This document shows positions 51,415 through 64,000 of a stretch of 64,000 nt of DNA, piece after piece. Made by a program: the position numbers and the translations under genes. Below the pieces are notes generated by a model. That model did not search any database. It saw only the letters and a list, made by a program, of their open reading frames with translations, and was not told where the DNA came from. The stretch is from an uncultured delta proteobacterium (GTDB lineage Bacteria > Desulfobacterota > RBG-13-43-22), in NCBI GenBank assembly GCA_963802945.1, contig CAWDKY010000025.1, positions 108,317 to 172,316 of the forward strand. Reading direction: 5' to 3'. Within the stretch, counting starts at the first letter, position 1, and each line of letters opens with the position of its first letter.

Positions 51415-52794
51415 TCACTCCGTTTCCAACCCATGCTTCAACATCCTATACCGCAAGGAACGAAGATTGATTTTTAGAAGCGCCGCCGCCCGTTGTTTAT
51501 TTCCCTGGGTTTTTTGCAGGGCCTGAAGGACCAGATTTTTTTCCAGGGAGTCCAAGGTTTGATCCAGATCTAATCCTTCTGAAGGGAGATTCATAGCGGG
51601 AATGGTTTTTGTTGAGGAGGTCAGCCCTTTATACTGAGCCAGGACCAGGCTTTCAGGAAGGATAATGGTCGATCGTTCCATGGCCACCGACCGTTCAATA
51701 ATATTCTCTAATTCCCGCACATTTCCGGGGAAGTGATACTCAGAGAGGATTTTGAGGGCGTAAGAAGAGATTTTCCTAATCCTTTTCCCTCCAATTTTGG
51801 AATATTTTTCTAAAAAAAAGTTGGCCAGCAAGGGGATATCTTCAGGCCGGTCTCGCAAAGGGGGAAGCGAAATAGAGATAACATTGATTCGATAAAACAG
51901 ATCTTCTCGAAACTGTTTGGCCATGACTTCATCTTCCAGGTTTTTATTGGTGGCGCAAATAACCCGAACATCTACGGATTGCTCATGGGTCTCTCCCAGG
52001 GGTTGGAAGGTCTTTTCTTGCAGCAGACGAAGGATTTTAACCTGTAGACTGAGAGAAAGTTCCCCGATTTCATCTAAAAACAAGGTCCCGTTTCGGGCTG
52101 TTTCCACCAGGCCCATCTTCTGAGTAACGGCACCGGTAAAGGCCCCTTTGCGATAGCCGAACAATTCGCTTTCGATCAAGGTCTCCGGAATCCCAGCACA
52201 AGAAATGACAATAAAGGGTTGATCCTTTCGAGGACTGTTTTCGTGAATGGAACGGGCGACCAATTCTTTCCCGGTGCCGGACTCCCCAGTGATCAAAACA
52301 TTGCTGATCACTTGGGCGGCTCTTAAGATCAAGTCATAGACCTTTTTTATTTGCGGACCTTGACCGATAATCGGTCTGGAATCAGAAAAAAGTAAGGATG
52401 GTTTTTCGTCGGCTGGGGAAGGTCCCCCTTCCGTTTTGGACAAGGCATCTTTGACAACCTGTTTCAATTCCTTATTGTTAAAGGGTTTGGGGAAGAAGTC
52501 GTAAGCCCCTTCGTTCATGGCCTCCATAGCCGTTTCCTGATTGGCATAGGCGGAAATCATGATCACTTCGGTTTGAGGGCGAAGAGCCTTGATCTCCTTC
52601 AACAGGGAAAGTCCGTCCATGGGGCGCATGCGGATGTCGGTCAGGACCAGATGAAAGTCATTTTTTTTGAATAGTTCCAGCGCCTCCGGGCCGCTGGCGG
52701 CCAGGGCCACCTGATACCCTTCCCGGGTGAGAAGGATCTCCAGCATCTCACGCAGACTTTGATCGTCATCAACAACTAATATAGACTGGGTCAT
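51415..52794 (-). CDS. Sigma54-dependent response regulator (NtrC/PilR-like)
   Basis: REC domain, GESGTGKE, ESELFG..KGAFTGA, FPGNVRELEN, Fis-type HTH (LRSLRYRM). Confidence 0.93.
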   Translation of the reverse strand: MTQSILVVDDDQSLREMLEILLTREGYQVALAASGPEALELFKKNDFHLVLTDIRMRPMDGLSLLKEIKALRPQTEVIMISAYANQETAMEAMNEGAYDFFPKPFNNKELKQVVKDALSKTEGGPSPADEKPSLLFSDSRPIIGQGPQIKKVYDLILRAAQVISNVLITGESGTGKELVARSIHENSPRKDQPFIVISCAGIPETLIESELFGYRKGAFTGAVTQKMGLVETARNGTLFLDEIGELSLSLQVKILRLLQEKTFQPLGETHEQSVDVRVICATNKNLEDEVMAKQFREDLFYRINVISISLPPLRDRPEDIPLLANFFLEKYSKIGGKRIRKISSYALKILSEYHFPGNVRELENIIERSVAMERSTIILPESLVLAQYKGLTSSTKTIPAMNLPSEGLDLDQTLDSLEKNLVLQALQKTQGNKQRAAALLKINLRSLRYRMLKHGLETE

Positions 52795-54104
52795 AATTCC
52801 ACTGTCGGGGTCATTTGATTAAAAACAATCCGGCCATCGATCATGGTCAAGACGGCCTTGCCTTTCAATGTCCAACCATTGAAAGGAGAATTCTTGCTCT
52901 TGGACAAGAAGGAACGTATATCGACTTGGAATTCAAGATCGGGATCAATGATCGTCAGGTTGGCCGGTCCTGAAGTTCTAAGCTGACCAAGGCCGTTCAA
53001 TCTTAAGATCCGTGCCGGTCCCTGAGTCAACTTGGCAATAGCTTGAGGGAGGGTTAATATCCCTTTGTGAACCAGGTTGAGGGTCAGAGGCAGAGTGGTT
53101 TCCAGCCCGATGATCCCCATGGACGCCAGGTCAAACTCCACTTCTTTTTCCAGGGGACTGTGAGGGGCATGGTCAGAGGCGATGACCTCAATCGTGCCGT
53201 CTTTAAGCCCTTTTTGAATAGCCAGGAGGTCATCTTTGGTCCTTAACGGGGGGTTCATTTTAGCCAGGGTATCAAAACCGATAACGGCCTCCTCGGTTAA
53301 AGAGAAATAATGAGGGGCAGTTTCGGCCGAGACGGGAAGCCCTTTTCTCTTGGCCTCGCGGATCAACTGGACTGATCCGGCTGTACTGACATGAGCAATA
53401 TGCAGAGGGGTCTGGGTCATTTGGCAAAGCTGTATGTCCCGGTAAACCATAATTTCCTCAGCCGCGGAAGGGATACCATGAAGGCCCAATCTGGTGGAGG
53501 TTGGGCCTTCGTTCATGACCCCGGGCCGGCTGAGGGTAAGGTCTTCGCAATGGGAAATGATGGGCAGATCAAAGGCCCGGGCATATTCCATGGCCCGCCG
53601 CATCAACTGGCTGTTCATGACCGGATTTCCGTCATCCGACAGGGCCACGACCCCGGCCATCTTCAGGTCTCCGTATTCCGCTAAGGCCTCACCCTTCAGG
53701 CCGATGCTGACTGCACCGACAGGAAAAACCCTGGCCAGACGGGCTTCTTTAGCCTTGGTCAAGATAAATTCAGTAACCGATCGGTTATCGTTGACCGGAA
53801 GAGTATTGGCCATACAAGCCACGGCCGTGAATCCGCCAGCCACAGCCGCCTGGGTACCGCTTAGGATGGTCTCTTTGTATTCCCAACCCGGTTCCCTTAA
53901 ATGGGTATGGATATCGATCAGTCCCGGGGTAACCACCAGTCCTTCGGCCGGGATGACCCGAAAATCGGAGAAAGATTTTAAGGATCTCCTAGGAGGTATA
54001 GGCTGCATATCTATAATTCTCCCCTGGTGAATATAGATATCCATCATGTCATCAACTTGATTCTCCGAGTCTATTACCCGGCCACCCCTAATAAGCCATT
54101 TCAC
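52791..54104 (-). CDS. pyrC: Dihydroorotase (type I)
   Basis: [39 protein letters not shown]. Confidence 0.95.
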   Translation of the reverse strand: MKWLIRGGRVIDSENQVDDMMDIYIHQGRIIDMQPIPPRRSLKSFSDFRVIPAEGLVVTPGLIDIHTHLREPGWEYKETILSGTQAAVAGGFTAVACMANTLPVNDNRSVTEFILTKAKEARLARVFPVGAVSIGLKGEALAEYGDLKMAGVVALSDDGNPVMNSQLMRRAMEYARAFDLPIISHCEDLTLSRPGVMNEGPTSTRLGLHGIPSAAEEIMVYRDIQLCQMTQTPLHIAHVSTAGSVQLIREAKRKGLPVSAETAPHYFSLTEEAVIGFDTLAKMNPPLRTKDDLLAIQKGLKDGTIEVIASDHAPHSPLEKEVEFDLASMGIIGLETTLPLTLNLVHKGILTLPQAIAKLTQGPARILRLNGLGQLRTSGPANLTIIDPDLEFQVDIRSFLSKSKNSPFNGWTLKGKAVLTMIDGRIVFNQMTPTVEL

Positions 54105-55026
54105 TTTTTGTCCCTCCTAAGAGCAAATAGAGCAGGGCCATACGGATGGCCACCCCGTTGGTCACCTGGTCGAGTATCACCGAAAAGGGGCCGTCAGCCA
54201 CTTCGGGATGGATTTCCACCCCCCGGTTGATCGGACCTGGATGCATAATGATTACATCACGTTTAGCCTTTTTCATCATCTCCAGGTTTAAGCCGAAAAA
54301 CTGGGAGTATTCACGAAGGCTGGGGAAGAGCATCTGCTTCTGTCTTTCCATCTGGACCCGTAGCATCATGATAACATCGGCCCAGGCGACGGCCTCTTGA
54401 AGTCGATAGGTAACGCCCACTCCCAGGGATTCGACAAATGGGGGAATCATAGTCGGAGGACCTGAAACCATAACCTGGGCCCCCATGGTCTTAAGACCGA
54501 TGATATTGGAGCGAGCCACTCGGCTGTGGGCAATATCCCCGATAATGGCCACCTGCAACCCCTCAATACGGCCTTTTTTTTCACGGATAGTCATTAGGTC
54601 CAGAAGGGCTTGGGTGGGATGTTCATGCATGCCGTCCCCGGCGTTGATAATTGAGGATTTAATCATCCGGGAAAGCAGATGGGGGGCTCCGGCCATGGAA
54701 TGACGCATAATGATGACATCCGGGTTCATGGCCTCTAAATTCCGGGCTGTATCCACCAAGGTTTCTCCTTTGACCAGGGAACTGGTACTGGCTGAAAGGC
54801 CAACCGTATCGGCACTGAGACGTTTGGCGGCTATTTCAAAGGATGTCCTTGTCCGGGTGCTGGGTTCATGAAAAAAGTTGATCACGGTTTTACCCCGGAG
54901 GGTTGGGACTTTTTTAATGTCCCGATAGGATATTTCCTTTAAGGATTCGCCCGTGGTCAGGATGGTCTCGATTTCTTCCCGGGTTAGACCCTGCATCCCT
55001 AGTAAGTGATGGCGGGAAAAGTTCAT
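54088..55026 (-). CDS. pyrB: Aspartate carbamoyltransferase catalytic subunit
   Basis: [37 protein letters not shown]. Confidence 0.97.
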   Translation of the reverse strand: MNFSRHHLLGMQGLTREEIETILTTGESLKEISYRDIKKVPTLRGKTVINFFHEPSTRTRTSFEIAAKRLSADTVGLSASTSSLVKGETLVDTARNLEAMNPDVIIMRHSMAGAPHLLSRMIKSSIINAGDGMHEHPTQALLDLMTIREKKGRIEGLQVAIIGDIAHSRVARSNIIGLKTMGAQVMVSGPPTMIPPFVESLGVGVTYRLQEAVAWADVIMMLRVQMERQKQMLFPSLREYSQFFGLNLEMMKKAKRDVIIMHPGPINRGVEIHPEVADGPFSVILDQVTNGVAIRMALLYLLLGGTKSEMAY

Positions 55027-55046
55027 AAATTTTCCTTTTTAAGAGC

Positions 55047-55097
55047 AAAAAAAACCCCCTCGATTCTGAGCACCGAGGGGGTCTTACAGGACCTTTC
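55047..55097 (-). promoter_or_regulatory. PyrR-type binding loop plus attenuator terminator in pyrB leader
   Basis: Minus strand AGGUCCUGUAAGACC (similar to ARUCCNGNGAGGYU) then ccccctcg..cgaggggg-U8. Confidence 0.7.
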
Positions 55098-55255
55098 ATA
55101 TGGAACCCAAGGCATAATCTCTCCTTATTTCTTGGAAAAAGCATGACCTGAAAAATTAAATTTTAATATGTTCAGGCTGTTGCTTATTTTTAACAGGATG
55201 ATCCAAAAAGTCAAGAAGGTTTTTTAAAAAAAATAGGATTTACGAAAAAAATCCC

Positions 55256-55284
55256 TTGACGACCATAGGGGAAGATGTTAACAT
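55256..55284 (+). promoter_or_regulatory. Sigma70 promoter of panCD
   Basis: TTGACG-17 nt-TAACAT with extended TG. Confidence 0.55.
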
Positions 55285-55319
55285 CACTCACGTTAATAAG
55301 CTTGGGAAAGAAATTAAAA

Positions 55320-55403
55320 GGTGGCTTGGATCCAACTGAAGTTGGACTGAGACTTCCAACAAAGACCTGTAAAGCCTCTGGGGGAAGTCCAGAGGCTTTT
55401 TTT
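55320..55403 (+). ncRNA. Probable pan RNA motif leader with intrinsic terminator
   Basis: Hairpin tccaac-tgaa-gttgga plus GACTGAGAC, then aaagcctctgg..ccagaggcttt-T run directly before the panC ATG. Confidence 0.55.
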
Positions 55404-56258
55404 ATGAGAATTATCAAAGAGATTCATGAAATGCAGTCTCTGGCCGAAAAAAGTCGGCGAGAAGGGAAAAAGATTGCCTTGGTGCCGACCATGGGGGCCC
55501 TTCACGAGGGTCATCTGACGCTGATGGACTATGGCCGTAAAAAGGCAGACCTTTTGGTGGTCAGCATTTTTGTCAATCCCATCCAATTCGGGCCTAAAGA
55601 AGATTTTGAGAAATACCCCAGAGATCTGGAAGGGGACGGCCGATTGACGGAAAAAAGAGGGGTGGACATTATCTTTTCCCCTGAAGCCAGGGCCCTTTAC
55701 CCGGAATTTTTTCAGACCTATGTGACCGTGGAAAAGGTGACTCAAAATTTGTGCGGGGTTTTCCGGCCCGGACATTTTCAAGGCGTTACAACCGTTGTTT
55801 GCAAACTGTTTCATATTGTCAAACCCCATCTGGCCATTTTCGGTCAAAAAGATTACCAACAATGGATCGCCATTCGACAAATGGTTCATGACCTGAATAT
55901 GGATGTCGAAGTGGTCGGACGACCGACGATTCGAGAGCCCGACGGGTTGGCCATGAGTTCACGCAATAGATACCTTTCCCCAAAAGAAAGGGATTCGGCC
56001 CGATCCCTTTCCCTGGCCTTGAAAGAGGCTCAAACCCTTTTTAGGAAAGGCGAGAGAAAAGCAGAAGTCTTGTTGGGCCAGGTTACAGGCTTGATTGGAC
56101 AAAAACCGGATACGCGGATCGAATATGCCAAGATCTGCCATCCCCAGACCCTTGAAGATTTAGCCGTCATCAAGGATCAGGGAGTTTTAGTCTTGGCGGT
56201 GTGGGTGGGCGCCACCCGCCTGATCGATAATTGTTTAATGGAGGATAACGGACAATGA
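55404..56258 (+). CDS. panC: Pantoate-beta-alanine ligase
   Basis: [41 protein letters not shown]. Confidence 0.97.
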   Translation: MRIIKEIHEMQSLAEKSRREGKKIALVPTMGALHEGHLTLMDYGRKKADLLVVSIFVNPIQFGPKEDFEKYPRDLEGDGRLTEKRGVDIIFSPEARALYPEFFQTYVTVEKVTQNLCGVFRPGHFQGVTTVVCKLFHIVKPHLAIFGQKDYQQWIAIRQMVHDLNMDVEVVGRPTIREPDGLAMSSRNRYLSPKERDSARSLSLALKEAQTLFRKGERKAEVLLGQVTGLIGQKPDTRIEYAKICHPQTLEDLAVIKDQGVLVLAVWVGATRLIDNCLMEDNGQ

Positions 56259-56614
56259 CCAGAACCATTTTAAAGTCAAAAATTCACAGGGCAACCATTA
56301 CGGAAAGCAATCTCCACTATGAGGGCAGTATGACCATCGATCAAGACCTGATGGAGGCCGCTGATATTATTCCCTATGAACAAATCCAGGTCTATAATAT
56401 AGCCAATGGAGAACGCTTCGCTACTTATGCCCTGGAAGGTCCCCGAGGCTCGGGTGTCATTTGTTTGAATGGGGCCGCGGCCCGAAAAGGGGTAGTAGGA
56501 GACCTCGTCATTATTGCCACTTACGCTGTGATGGAGGAGAAGGAGCTTCAAAATTTTAAACCTAAGGTTGTTTCAGTGGATTCCCATAATCGGCTCCGTC
56601 TCAGGGCGGCTTAA
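56255..56614 (+). CDS. panD: Aspartate 1-decarboxylase
   Basis: [12 protein letters not shown] cleavage site, [15 protein letters not shown]. Confidence 0.97.
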   Translation: MTRTILKSKIHRATITESNLHYEGSMTIDQDLMEAADIIPYEQIQVYNIANGERFATYALEGPRGSGVICLNGAAARKGVVGDLVIIATYAVMEEKELQNFKPKVVSVDSHNRLRLRAA

Positions 56615-56779
56615 GGGAAGAGTGACGGGTCGTTATTAGATAGAATCATTGACAACAGCAACATTCTCCGTTTCTTGCCCATTGACACTCGGCAAATTCC
56701 ACCTCTCTTTAAAAGAGGTGAAATCTGTCAAAGGATGATTAAAGACTTCTTTTATTGGCCCATTCAGGGAGTTGCTTGA

Positions 56780-57436
56780 TTGCAGTTCAAGACTTGGCTT
56801 AAAACTTATCTACTGACCGGGTTGGTCGTTGTTGTTCCGATTACCATAACTATCTATATCATTCAGGCCCTGATAGGGGTCATGGATAATTTTCTTTCTT
56901 TTCTGCCTTTAGCTTATCATCCTGATACCCTCCTCGGTTTTCATCTCCCTGGTCTGGGATTGGTTTTAGTTTTCATCCTGGTTTTTCTAATCGGCCTTTT
57001 AACCCATAATTATTTTGGCAACAAAGTGGTTCGACTATGGGACCTGCTGGTTGGACGGATCCCAGTGGTTCGTAATATTTATCAAGCAATTAAACAACTT
57101 ACCGAGGCTGTTTTCAGTAATACTGGAAGTCATTTTAAAAAGGTTGTTATGCTGGAGTTTCCCAGACCAGGCCTATATTCCATTGGGTTTTTAGCTGGTC
57201 CGGCCAAGGGAGAACTGGAAAACAAAGCCGGTCAACAAGTGATGAGTATCTTTATTCCCTGTACCCCTAACCCGACTACAGGCTATTATGTTTTGGTTCC
57301 GGAAAAAGATTTGATTGTTATGGAAATGAGCGTGGAAGATGCCTTTAAATTGATCATCTCCGGGGGACTGGTCACTCCGAACCATTCCCTTCCATTACAC
57401 TCCAAGGAAGAAGCATCTTTAAGCCTTCATCATTGA
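56780..57436 (+). CDS. DUF502-family membrane protein
   Basis: TGLVVVVPI.IT, IPVVRNIY..IKQL, EFPR, P.TPNPTTG, SVEDAFKLIISGG. Confidence 0.85.
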   Translation: MQFKTWLKTYLLTGLVVVVPITITIYIIQALIGVMDNFLSFLPLAYHPDTLLGFHLPGLGLVLVFILVFLIGLLTHNYFGNKVVRLWDLLVGRIPVVRNIYQAIKQLTEAVFSNTGSHFKKVVMLEFPRPGLYSIGFLAGPAKGELENKAGQQVMSIFIPCTPNPTTGYYVLVPEKDLIVMEMSVEDAFKLIISGGLVTPNHSLPLHSKEEASLSLHH

Positions 57437-57675
57437 ATATCCATTTTCCTTACCATGTTTTTTAAATCAGGCTTTGTGGATCTGAAAGATCCAGTTATTT
57501 TTTTAGTAAAATGAGCAGGCCATGATTTTAGTGTAGAGAAGACGAACCCAAGGAAAAGAAAGACGTCACAGGTGTCCCAAATCCTTTACTCGTTGATAAC
57601 TATTGGGCATTATTCACTTGACAAAAACTGGCGGATGACTATGATAAATCCATTTTTTAAAAGGAGGACCTTGAT

Positions 57676-58851
57676 ATGAGTTCATCGAATTATTTTTTTA
57701 CCTCGGAGTCAGTTACCGAAGGGCATCCCGACAAAGTGGCCGATCAGATTTCTGATGCTATTTTGGATGCTATTTTAGCAGAAGACACCAAAGGGCGTGT
57801 GGCCTGTGAGACCATGGTCACCACCGGATTGGCGCTGATCGCCGGAGAGATTACCACCTCATGCTATGTGGATATGCCCAAAATCGTCCGGGAGACCATC
57901 AAGGAAATAGGATATAACGATTCTTCGATGGGTTTTGATTGGGAGACCTGTGCGGTCCTGACCACCATCGATAAACAATCTCCGGATATAGCCCAAGGAG
58001 TCAACAGCCTGGGAGAGAAAAAAGAACAAGGGGCCGGGGATCAAGGCATGATGTTCGGCTTTGCTTGTAATGAGACCAAAGATTTTATGCCCATGCCCAT
58101 CTGGTATGCCCACCTTCTGGCCAAACGCCTGGCCGAGGTTCGCAAAAAGAAAATTCTTAATTTTTTACGGCCCGATGGCAAGACCCAAGTGACCGTGGAA
58201 TATCAAGACGGGAAGCCGGTTTCCATACCGGCTGTGGTTATTGCCGCTCAGCACAATCCGGATATCAGCTATAAAAAATTACAGGAAGGAATTATCGAGA
58301 CCGTCATTAAAAAGGTCATCCCGGCCAAGCTCCTGACCAAAAAAACCCAGTACTTTATCAACACCACCGGACGGTTTGTCGTAGGAGGACCCATGGGGGA
58401 TTGTGGAGTGACCGGACGAAAGATCATTGCCGACACCTATGGGGGCCGGGGAAGCCATGGTGGCGGGGCCTTTTCCGGAAAAGATCCCTCGAAGGTGGAT
58501 CGAAGTTCCTCTTATATGGCCCGCTATGTGGCCAAGAATGTAGTTGCTGCCGGACTGGCCGAAACCTGCCGACTTCAGGTCGCTTATACCATCGGTAAAG
58601 CCGAACCCCTTTCCATTTTTGTCGATACCCGAGGGTCCGGAAAAATTCCGGACTTCCAATTGAATCAAATTATTCGTCAGACCTTCAGTTTTAAACCGGC
58701 CGAGGTCATTGCCAATCTGGACTTATTACGTCCGATTTATAAAAAGACTGCGGCCTACGGCCATTTTGGTAGAAATGAGCCCGGTTTTACCTGGGAAAAG
58801 ATTGATAAGACCGAAATCCTTCGCGAACGGGCAGGACTGAAAAAAAAGTAA
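57676..58851 (+). CDS. metK: S-adenosylmethionine synthetase
   Basis: [35 protein letters not shown]. Confidence 0.98.
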   Translation: MSSSNYFFTSESVTEGHPDKVADQISDAILDAILAEDTKGRVACETMVTTGLALIAGEITTSCYVDMPKIVRETIKEIGYNDSSMGFDWETCAVLTTIDKQSPDIAQGVNSLGEKKEQGAGDQGMMFGFACNETKDFMPMPIWYAHLLAKRLAEVRKKKILNFLRPDGKTQVTVEYQDGKPVSIPAVVIAAQHNPDISYKKLQEGIIETVIKKVIPAKLLTKKTQYFINTTGRFVVGGPMGDCGVTGRKIIADTYGGRGSHGGGAFSGKDPSKVDRSSSYMARYVAKNVVAAGLAETCRLQVAYTIGKAEPLSIFVDTRGSGKIPDFQLNQIIRQTFSFKPAEVIANLDLLRPIYKKTAAYGHFGRNEPGFTWEKIDKTEILRERAGLKKK

Positions 58852-58856
58852 TTGTT

Positions 58857-60355
<1,499 letters not shown>

Positions 60356-60439
60356 TAAAATGGACGATGGGAAATGGGTGAGTGACGGAATTAATCATCC
60401 TTTTTCTTGACGCCTCACAGAGACATGAGAATTTCTTAG

Positions 60440-60476
60440 AAAAACCCCGATGGCTTTCAGGCTGTCGGGGTTTTTT
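60440..60476. terminator. Bidirectional intrinsic terminator
   Basis: aaaaaccccgatggc-tttcag-gctgtcggggtttttt between convergent genes. Confidence 0.8.
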
Positions 60477-60542
60477 ATTGGAGATTTTTTTGATAATTTG
60501 GGAAGAAGTTGCTCTAGATATGTCAACAATCAGGCAGAGGCC

Positions 60543-61742
60543 TTATTTCTTTTTTAACTTGAGATAGGCTTTCGTCTGTTGGTTTACAAGGTCGATGAGA
60601 TTTCCCATCGCCAGATTCATGTCGATCAAATGCAGTCCCCAGTCGGCCAAAACCTTTCCGCCGACCATCACATCCCCCATAATGTCATCGGTTCGAGGAT
60701 CCTTAGGATCGCCCTGGACGGTGATTTCAAGATAGGATACATGGTCATTTGAAACGCACTTTGCCTTGAGCAACCCGGGGACGCTCACAAAGGGTGTGGT
60801 AATCGCTTTTGGGGGTTTGACCCAGCTAAATGGATTATCGGAGGTCAAAGGACCCCCGCGAGATGCTGCCAGGTAGGCGTGGAGGTCGCCGCTGCCGCCG
60901 CCCAGGGCCGCCGGATTTGTACAGGCGTAGGCAAGATCACCCTGATTCAGTCCGAAACGGCTGTTCTCCGGTGGGGGGACCGTTGACCGAAATGAGGAAT
61001 AGGCAACAATACATCCCGTATCGTCGACCTTTCGGCACAGAGGCATATGTTTGAACGTACCGCCGACGTCTTTATTGCGTGGAACCATAACTTTCCCACC
61101 GATCAGCAAGGCCGATATGATCTGAGACTGTATGGGCTTACCCTCAATTTCATTTTGGATGAGCTGGGTCAACATCCTCGCGCCTTGAGAGTGACCGATC
61201 AAAACGACGCCCCTTCCTTTATTTTCGTTCTTGAGGTAATAATTCCAGGCATCAAGAATATCATTATAGGCAAGATTTTCATCCGCTCCCATCGGTTTAC
61301 CAGCCATCTCGGCCCGCAGGGCCGTTAAGGTCTTCTGACGATAGAGCGGCGCAAAGATGCGGCATTGAGAGCCGAACCGGGCAAGCTGCTGAACAACGAC
61401 GCTTTTCTCTTCAGGTCCCGGATTCATATTGCTGTTTGGCGTGGGATCGTTGGATACGGTGGGGTAGACATAAAAACAGTCAACGGGAGCATCGGGATTG
61501 GCGGCCCAGTTTTCCCGGGTCAGGGTGCCGTCCGCGGAAATAATTGTGCTGGCCTGATCGACAACACAGGCATCCTGCTGTCCCGGCCGGCATAACCAGG
61601 TAGAGGGTTGGCTGTAATCATTTTTCGCCACAACCTTTACCGGAGCATCTTTGGTTTGAGCGAACGCCGGTATGACTGAAGAAAAACCGACGCCGAATCC
61701 CACAGCAAGTACAAAAACAATAACAAAACTTTTCTTGACCAT
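60543..61742 (-). CDS. Secreted alpha/beta hydrolase (DUF3089-like)
   Basis: Signal peptide, WLCRP, DCFYVYPT, APLYRQ, GHSQG, GLHLID. Confidence 0.82.
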   Translation of the reverse strand: MVKKSFVIVFVLAVGFGVGFSSVIPAFAQTKDAPVKVVAKNDYSQPSTWLCRPGQQDACVVDQASTIISADGTLTRENWAANPDAPVDCFYVYPTVSNDPTPNSNMNPGPEEKSVVVQQLARFGSQCRIFAPLYRQKTLTALRAEMAGKPMGADENLAYNDILDAWNYYLKNENKGRGVVLIGHSQGARMLTQLIQNEIEGKPIQSQIISALLIGGKVMVPRNKDVGGTFKHMPLCRKVDDTGCIVAYSSFRSTVPPPENSRFGLNQGDLAYACTNPAALGGGSGDLHAYLAASRGGPLTSDNPFSWVKPPKAITTPFVSVPGLLKAKCVSNDHVSYLEITVQGDPKDPRTDDIMGDVMVGGKVLADWGLHLIDMNLAMGNLIDLVNQQTKAYLKLKKK

Positions 61743-61864
61743 CTCGTTTATTCCTCCCTATTTGAAATTATATGTTGCACCGGCTATCAAGGCATCAGCA
61801 ACAGCTGCTTTAACATTGGCTGTCTCTTAAATCTGATTTATGACTTCCGGATTTTGGCTCCCCT

Positions 61865-62653
61865 TTATTTGTTTTTAAGAAACTTCTGTGCCTCGGTGCT
61901 GAACGACTGACCACTTCTCGCCCCAAGGCAGATGTCGGTTTCCAGACGTAAGCCCCAGTCAAGCGGTGTGGACAAGGACATATTAACCGCTCTCTTGGCT
62001 CCGGCGACATGACTCGGATTCAATTTGGCCATTTCTCCCGCCAGTTTCTTGGCCTCCGGTAATAACTGGTCTTTGGGATAGACATGGTTGACCAAGTTGA
62101 GCCGTAGGGCTTCCTGGGCGTTGATACGACGTCCGGTAATAATCATTTCTTTGGCATAACCGGGTCCGATAATACGGGGTAATCGCTGGGTGGAGCCGAG
62201 GTCGGGTATGACCCCAAGGGGCATCTCGGGCAAGCCAAACATGGCGTGTTCGGCGCAAAGACGGATGTCACAGCAAAGGCTGAATTCAAAGGCTGCCCCA
62301 AGACAATGACCGTTGATAGCGGCGATCACCGGTACTGCCAGTTCCTCATACATGGTAAAAATGGACTTCAGGCCGTAAAGACGGTCGAAGCCGTCTCGGA
62401 AATTACCCAATAAGGATGAACCGGATTTTCCTTCGGCGATCATCTTCAGGTCCATACCTACACTGAAGGCCCGCTCGCCGGCACCGGTTATGATGACCGC
62501 ACGTATTTCAGGTGTTTCCTTAATTTTTTGGGCTGTAGTCATCAGGCCTCGGTAAGAGTCTTGATTGAGGGCATTCAGGGCCTCCGGCCGGTTAAAGGTC
62601 ACCGTGGCAATAGCATCATCGATGGTTAACAGAACGCTTGATTCATCAGTCAT
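61865..62653 (-). CDS. Enoyl-CoA hydratase/isomerase
   Basis: [36 protein letters not shown]. Confidence 0.92.
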   Translation of the reverse strand: MTDESSVLLTIDDAIATVTFNRPEALNALNQDSYRGLMTTAQKIKETPEIRAVIITGAGERAFSVGMDLKMIAEGKSGSSLLGNFRDGFDRLYGLKSIFTMYEELAVPVIAAINGHCLGAAFEFSLCCDIRLCAEHAMFGLPEMPLGVIPDLGSTQRLPRIIGPGYAKEMIITGRRINAQEALRLNLVNHVYPKDQLLPEAKKLAGEMAKLNPSHVAGAKRAVNMSLSTPLDWGLRLETDICLGARSGQSFSTEAQKFLKNK

Positions 62654-62898
62654 AGTCTATCTTCCTTCTTTTTGCTTTGTAAAAGATTTTCTGGGTGATC
62701 ATACGATTGAAGAGATCAAGAGTCAATAAACAAGAAAAACGGCGAATTGCCTTTTTATTCCCCCTGAAGCTATGATAAAAAAATAACCTTGGGTTTTTAA
62801 AGTAAGAAAAAGAGCATTCGAGAGTACGTAATAGAAGGCCAAAGGTAAATGGTCTGGCAAGGGACCTCAAGGTTCATTGGGAATAGGAGGAAAGCAGG

Positions 62899-63704
62899 TT
62901 GAAAATCATTGTATTGGTCAAACAGGTCCCGGCCACCGATAAAGTGAAGATGGATGAGGAAACCGGGACGATGATCACGGGAGGGTATAGAATCCGAGGT
63001 CAATCCCCTCGACCTTTATGCCATTGAGGAAGCCGTCAGGATCAAAGAAAGGAAAGGGAGGGGGTGGAGATCAGCGTTATCTCCATGGGCGCCCAAGAAC
63101 GCTGTCGAGGCTATAAGGAGCGCCATCGCCCTTGGCTGCGATAAAGGGTATCTTCTTTTCGGACCAAAAATTTGCAGGATCCGATACTTGGGCTACGGCC
63201 TATGCCCTTTCCATGGGGATAAAAAAGATCGTCGATGAATTTGATCTGGTCCTTTGCGGTGAGAGGGCCACAGATGGGGAGACCGGACAGGTCGGTCCGG
63301 AAGTGGGCGGCCTATCTTAGGTCTTCCGGGTCCTCACTTACGTCAGCAAGATAGAGGAGATCGGAAATGGGAAGATCATCGCCCACCGGGCCGTCGAAGG
63401 GGGACATGAGGTGGTTGAGGCGCCTCTGCCGGTGCTGGTGAGTGTAATCAAGGAGATCAATACACCCAGGATGCCCAATTTCAGCGGGAAGATGAAGGCC
63501 AAAAAGATGGAGATTCCTCTTCTCACTGCTGAGGACATCGGGGCTGATGAACAAAGGCTGGGGCTTAAGGGATCTCCGACCAGGGTGGTGAAGATTTTCC
63601 ATCCGCAGGTAGCCAGAAAAGGGAAAGTCGTTTCCACGATCGGTGATCCGGAAAGTGCCGTAGACGGGTCTGGTGGATTTCTGGCGGGGAAGGCGATTAT
63701 TTAA
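62899..63704 (+). CDS. etfB: Electron transfer flavoprotein beta subunit (several frameshifts)
   Basis: TTG start MKIIVLVKQVPATD, NPLDLYAIEEA, FAGSDTWAT, CGERATDGETGQVGP, GLKGSPTRV. Confidence 0.88.
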
Positions 63705-63716
63705 CCGAAAACAACC

Positions 63717-63782
63717 GGTATAAGGTTTGGGGTACAAGGTTTAAGGTTTTTCCTTGGACCTTACACCGTGAACCTTGTACCG
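63717..63782. repeat. Heptamer tandem-repeat hairpin (AGGTNTA / TNNACCT)
   Basis: cggtata-aggtttg-gggtaca-aggttta-aggt ... tggacct-tacaccg-tgaacct-tgtaccg. Confidence 0.7.
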
Positions 63783-63802
63783 TTTTATAAAAGGTATATC
63801 AG

Positions 63803-64000
63803 ATGAAGGAACGGGATTACAGTCAATATAAGGGCGTGTGGGTACTGGTGAAGTAAGAGAAGGGGGGAAGATTCACCCGTGTCCTATGAACTTCTGGCTT
63901 GGGGGAGAGGATTGGCGGACAAGCTTCGGTAGACCTCTCCGGTGTAATCATCGGGAACAATATCCAAGATAAGGTCAGAGAACTTATTCTCAGGGGTGCG
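63803..64000 (+). CDS. etfA: Electron transfer flavoprotein alpha subunit (partial, frameshifted)
   Basis: MKERDYSQYKGVWV..., SYELLAWGRGLADKL; follows etfB. Confidence 0.75.

Noticed and set aside
55385-55398. Second PyrR site (agtccagaggct) in the panC leader
   Set aside because: It is simply the 3' arm of the terminator hairpin and lacks the full consensus spacing
57440-57675. SAM riboswitch upstream of metK
   Set aside because: No SAM-I core (AUCAAGAG...GAGGGA..GGCCC) or other recognisable SAM/SAH motif; only a TTGACA-16-TATGAT promoter-like sequence

Overview
This 64-kb window looks like a chromosome fragment of an anaerobic Desulfobacterota/deltaproteobacterium-like organism (inferred from gene content). 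It is probably a long-read MAG, because about ten otherwise intact conserved genes carry small frameshifts. Housekeeping blocks cover fatty-acid/CoA metabolism (acyl-CoA dehydrogenase, lipase, thiolase, 3-hydroxyacyl-CoA dehydrogenase, CoA ligase, CoA transferases, crotonases, ETF), gatCA, murI, aspartate-semialdehyde-dependent homocysteine synthesis, pyrBC, panCD, metK and ahcY. There are three accessory regions: (i) a toxin-antitoxin/hypothetical-protein patch at 9.8-14.5 kb that ends in an IS3 relic; (ii) a ~5-kb putative defence island at 20.2-25.2 kb; (iii) an envelope-stress/efflux locus at 25.2-43.8 kb with MdtABC-type and MacAB-TolC-type pumps, three Spy/CpxP-like genes and a ~750-bp duplication. 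The most striking signal is the island in (ii). It is an integrase-less integron-like array with an attI-like site, an extended -10 promoter, a textbook 57-bp attC and complementary cassette cores. It carries a HEPN/AbiU2-like gene, a 2.9-kb type IIG restriction-modification gene and an unknown ORF, and REP-like palindromes bracket it on both sides. Intergenic regions also hold a dispersed family of 7-8-nt tandem-repeat hairpin elements, a PyrR-type attenuator and a probable pan RNA leader.
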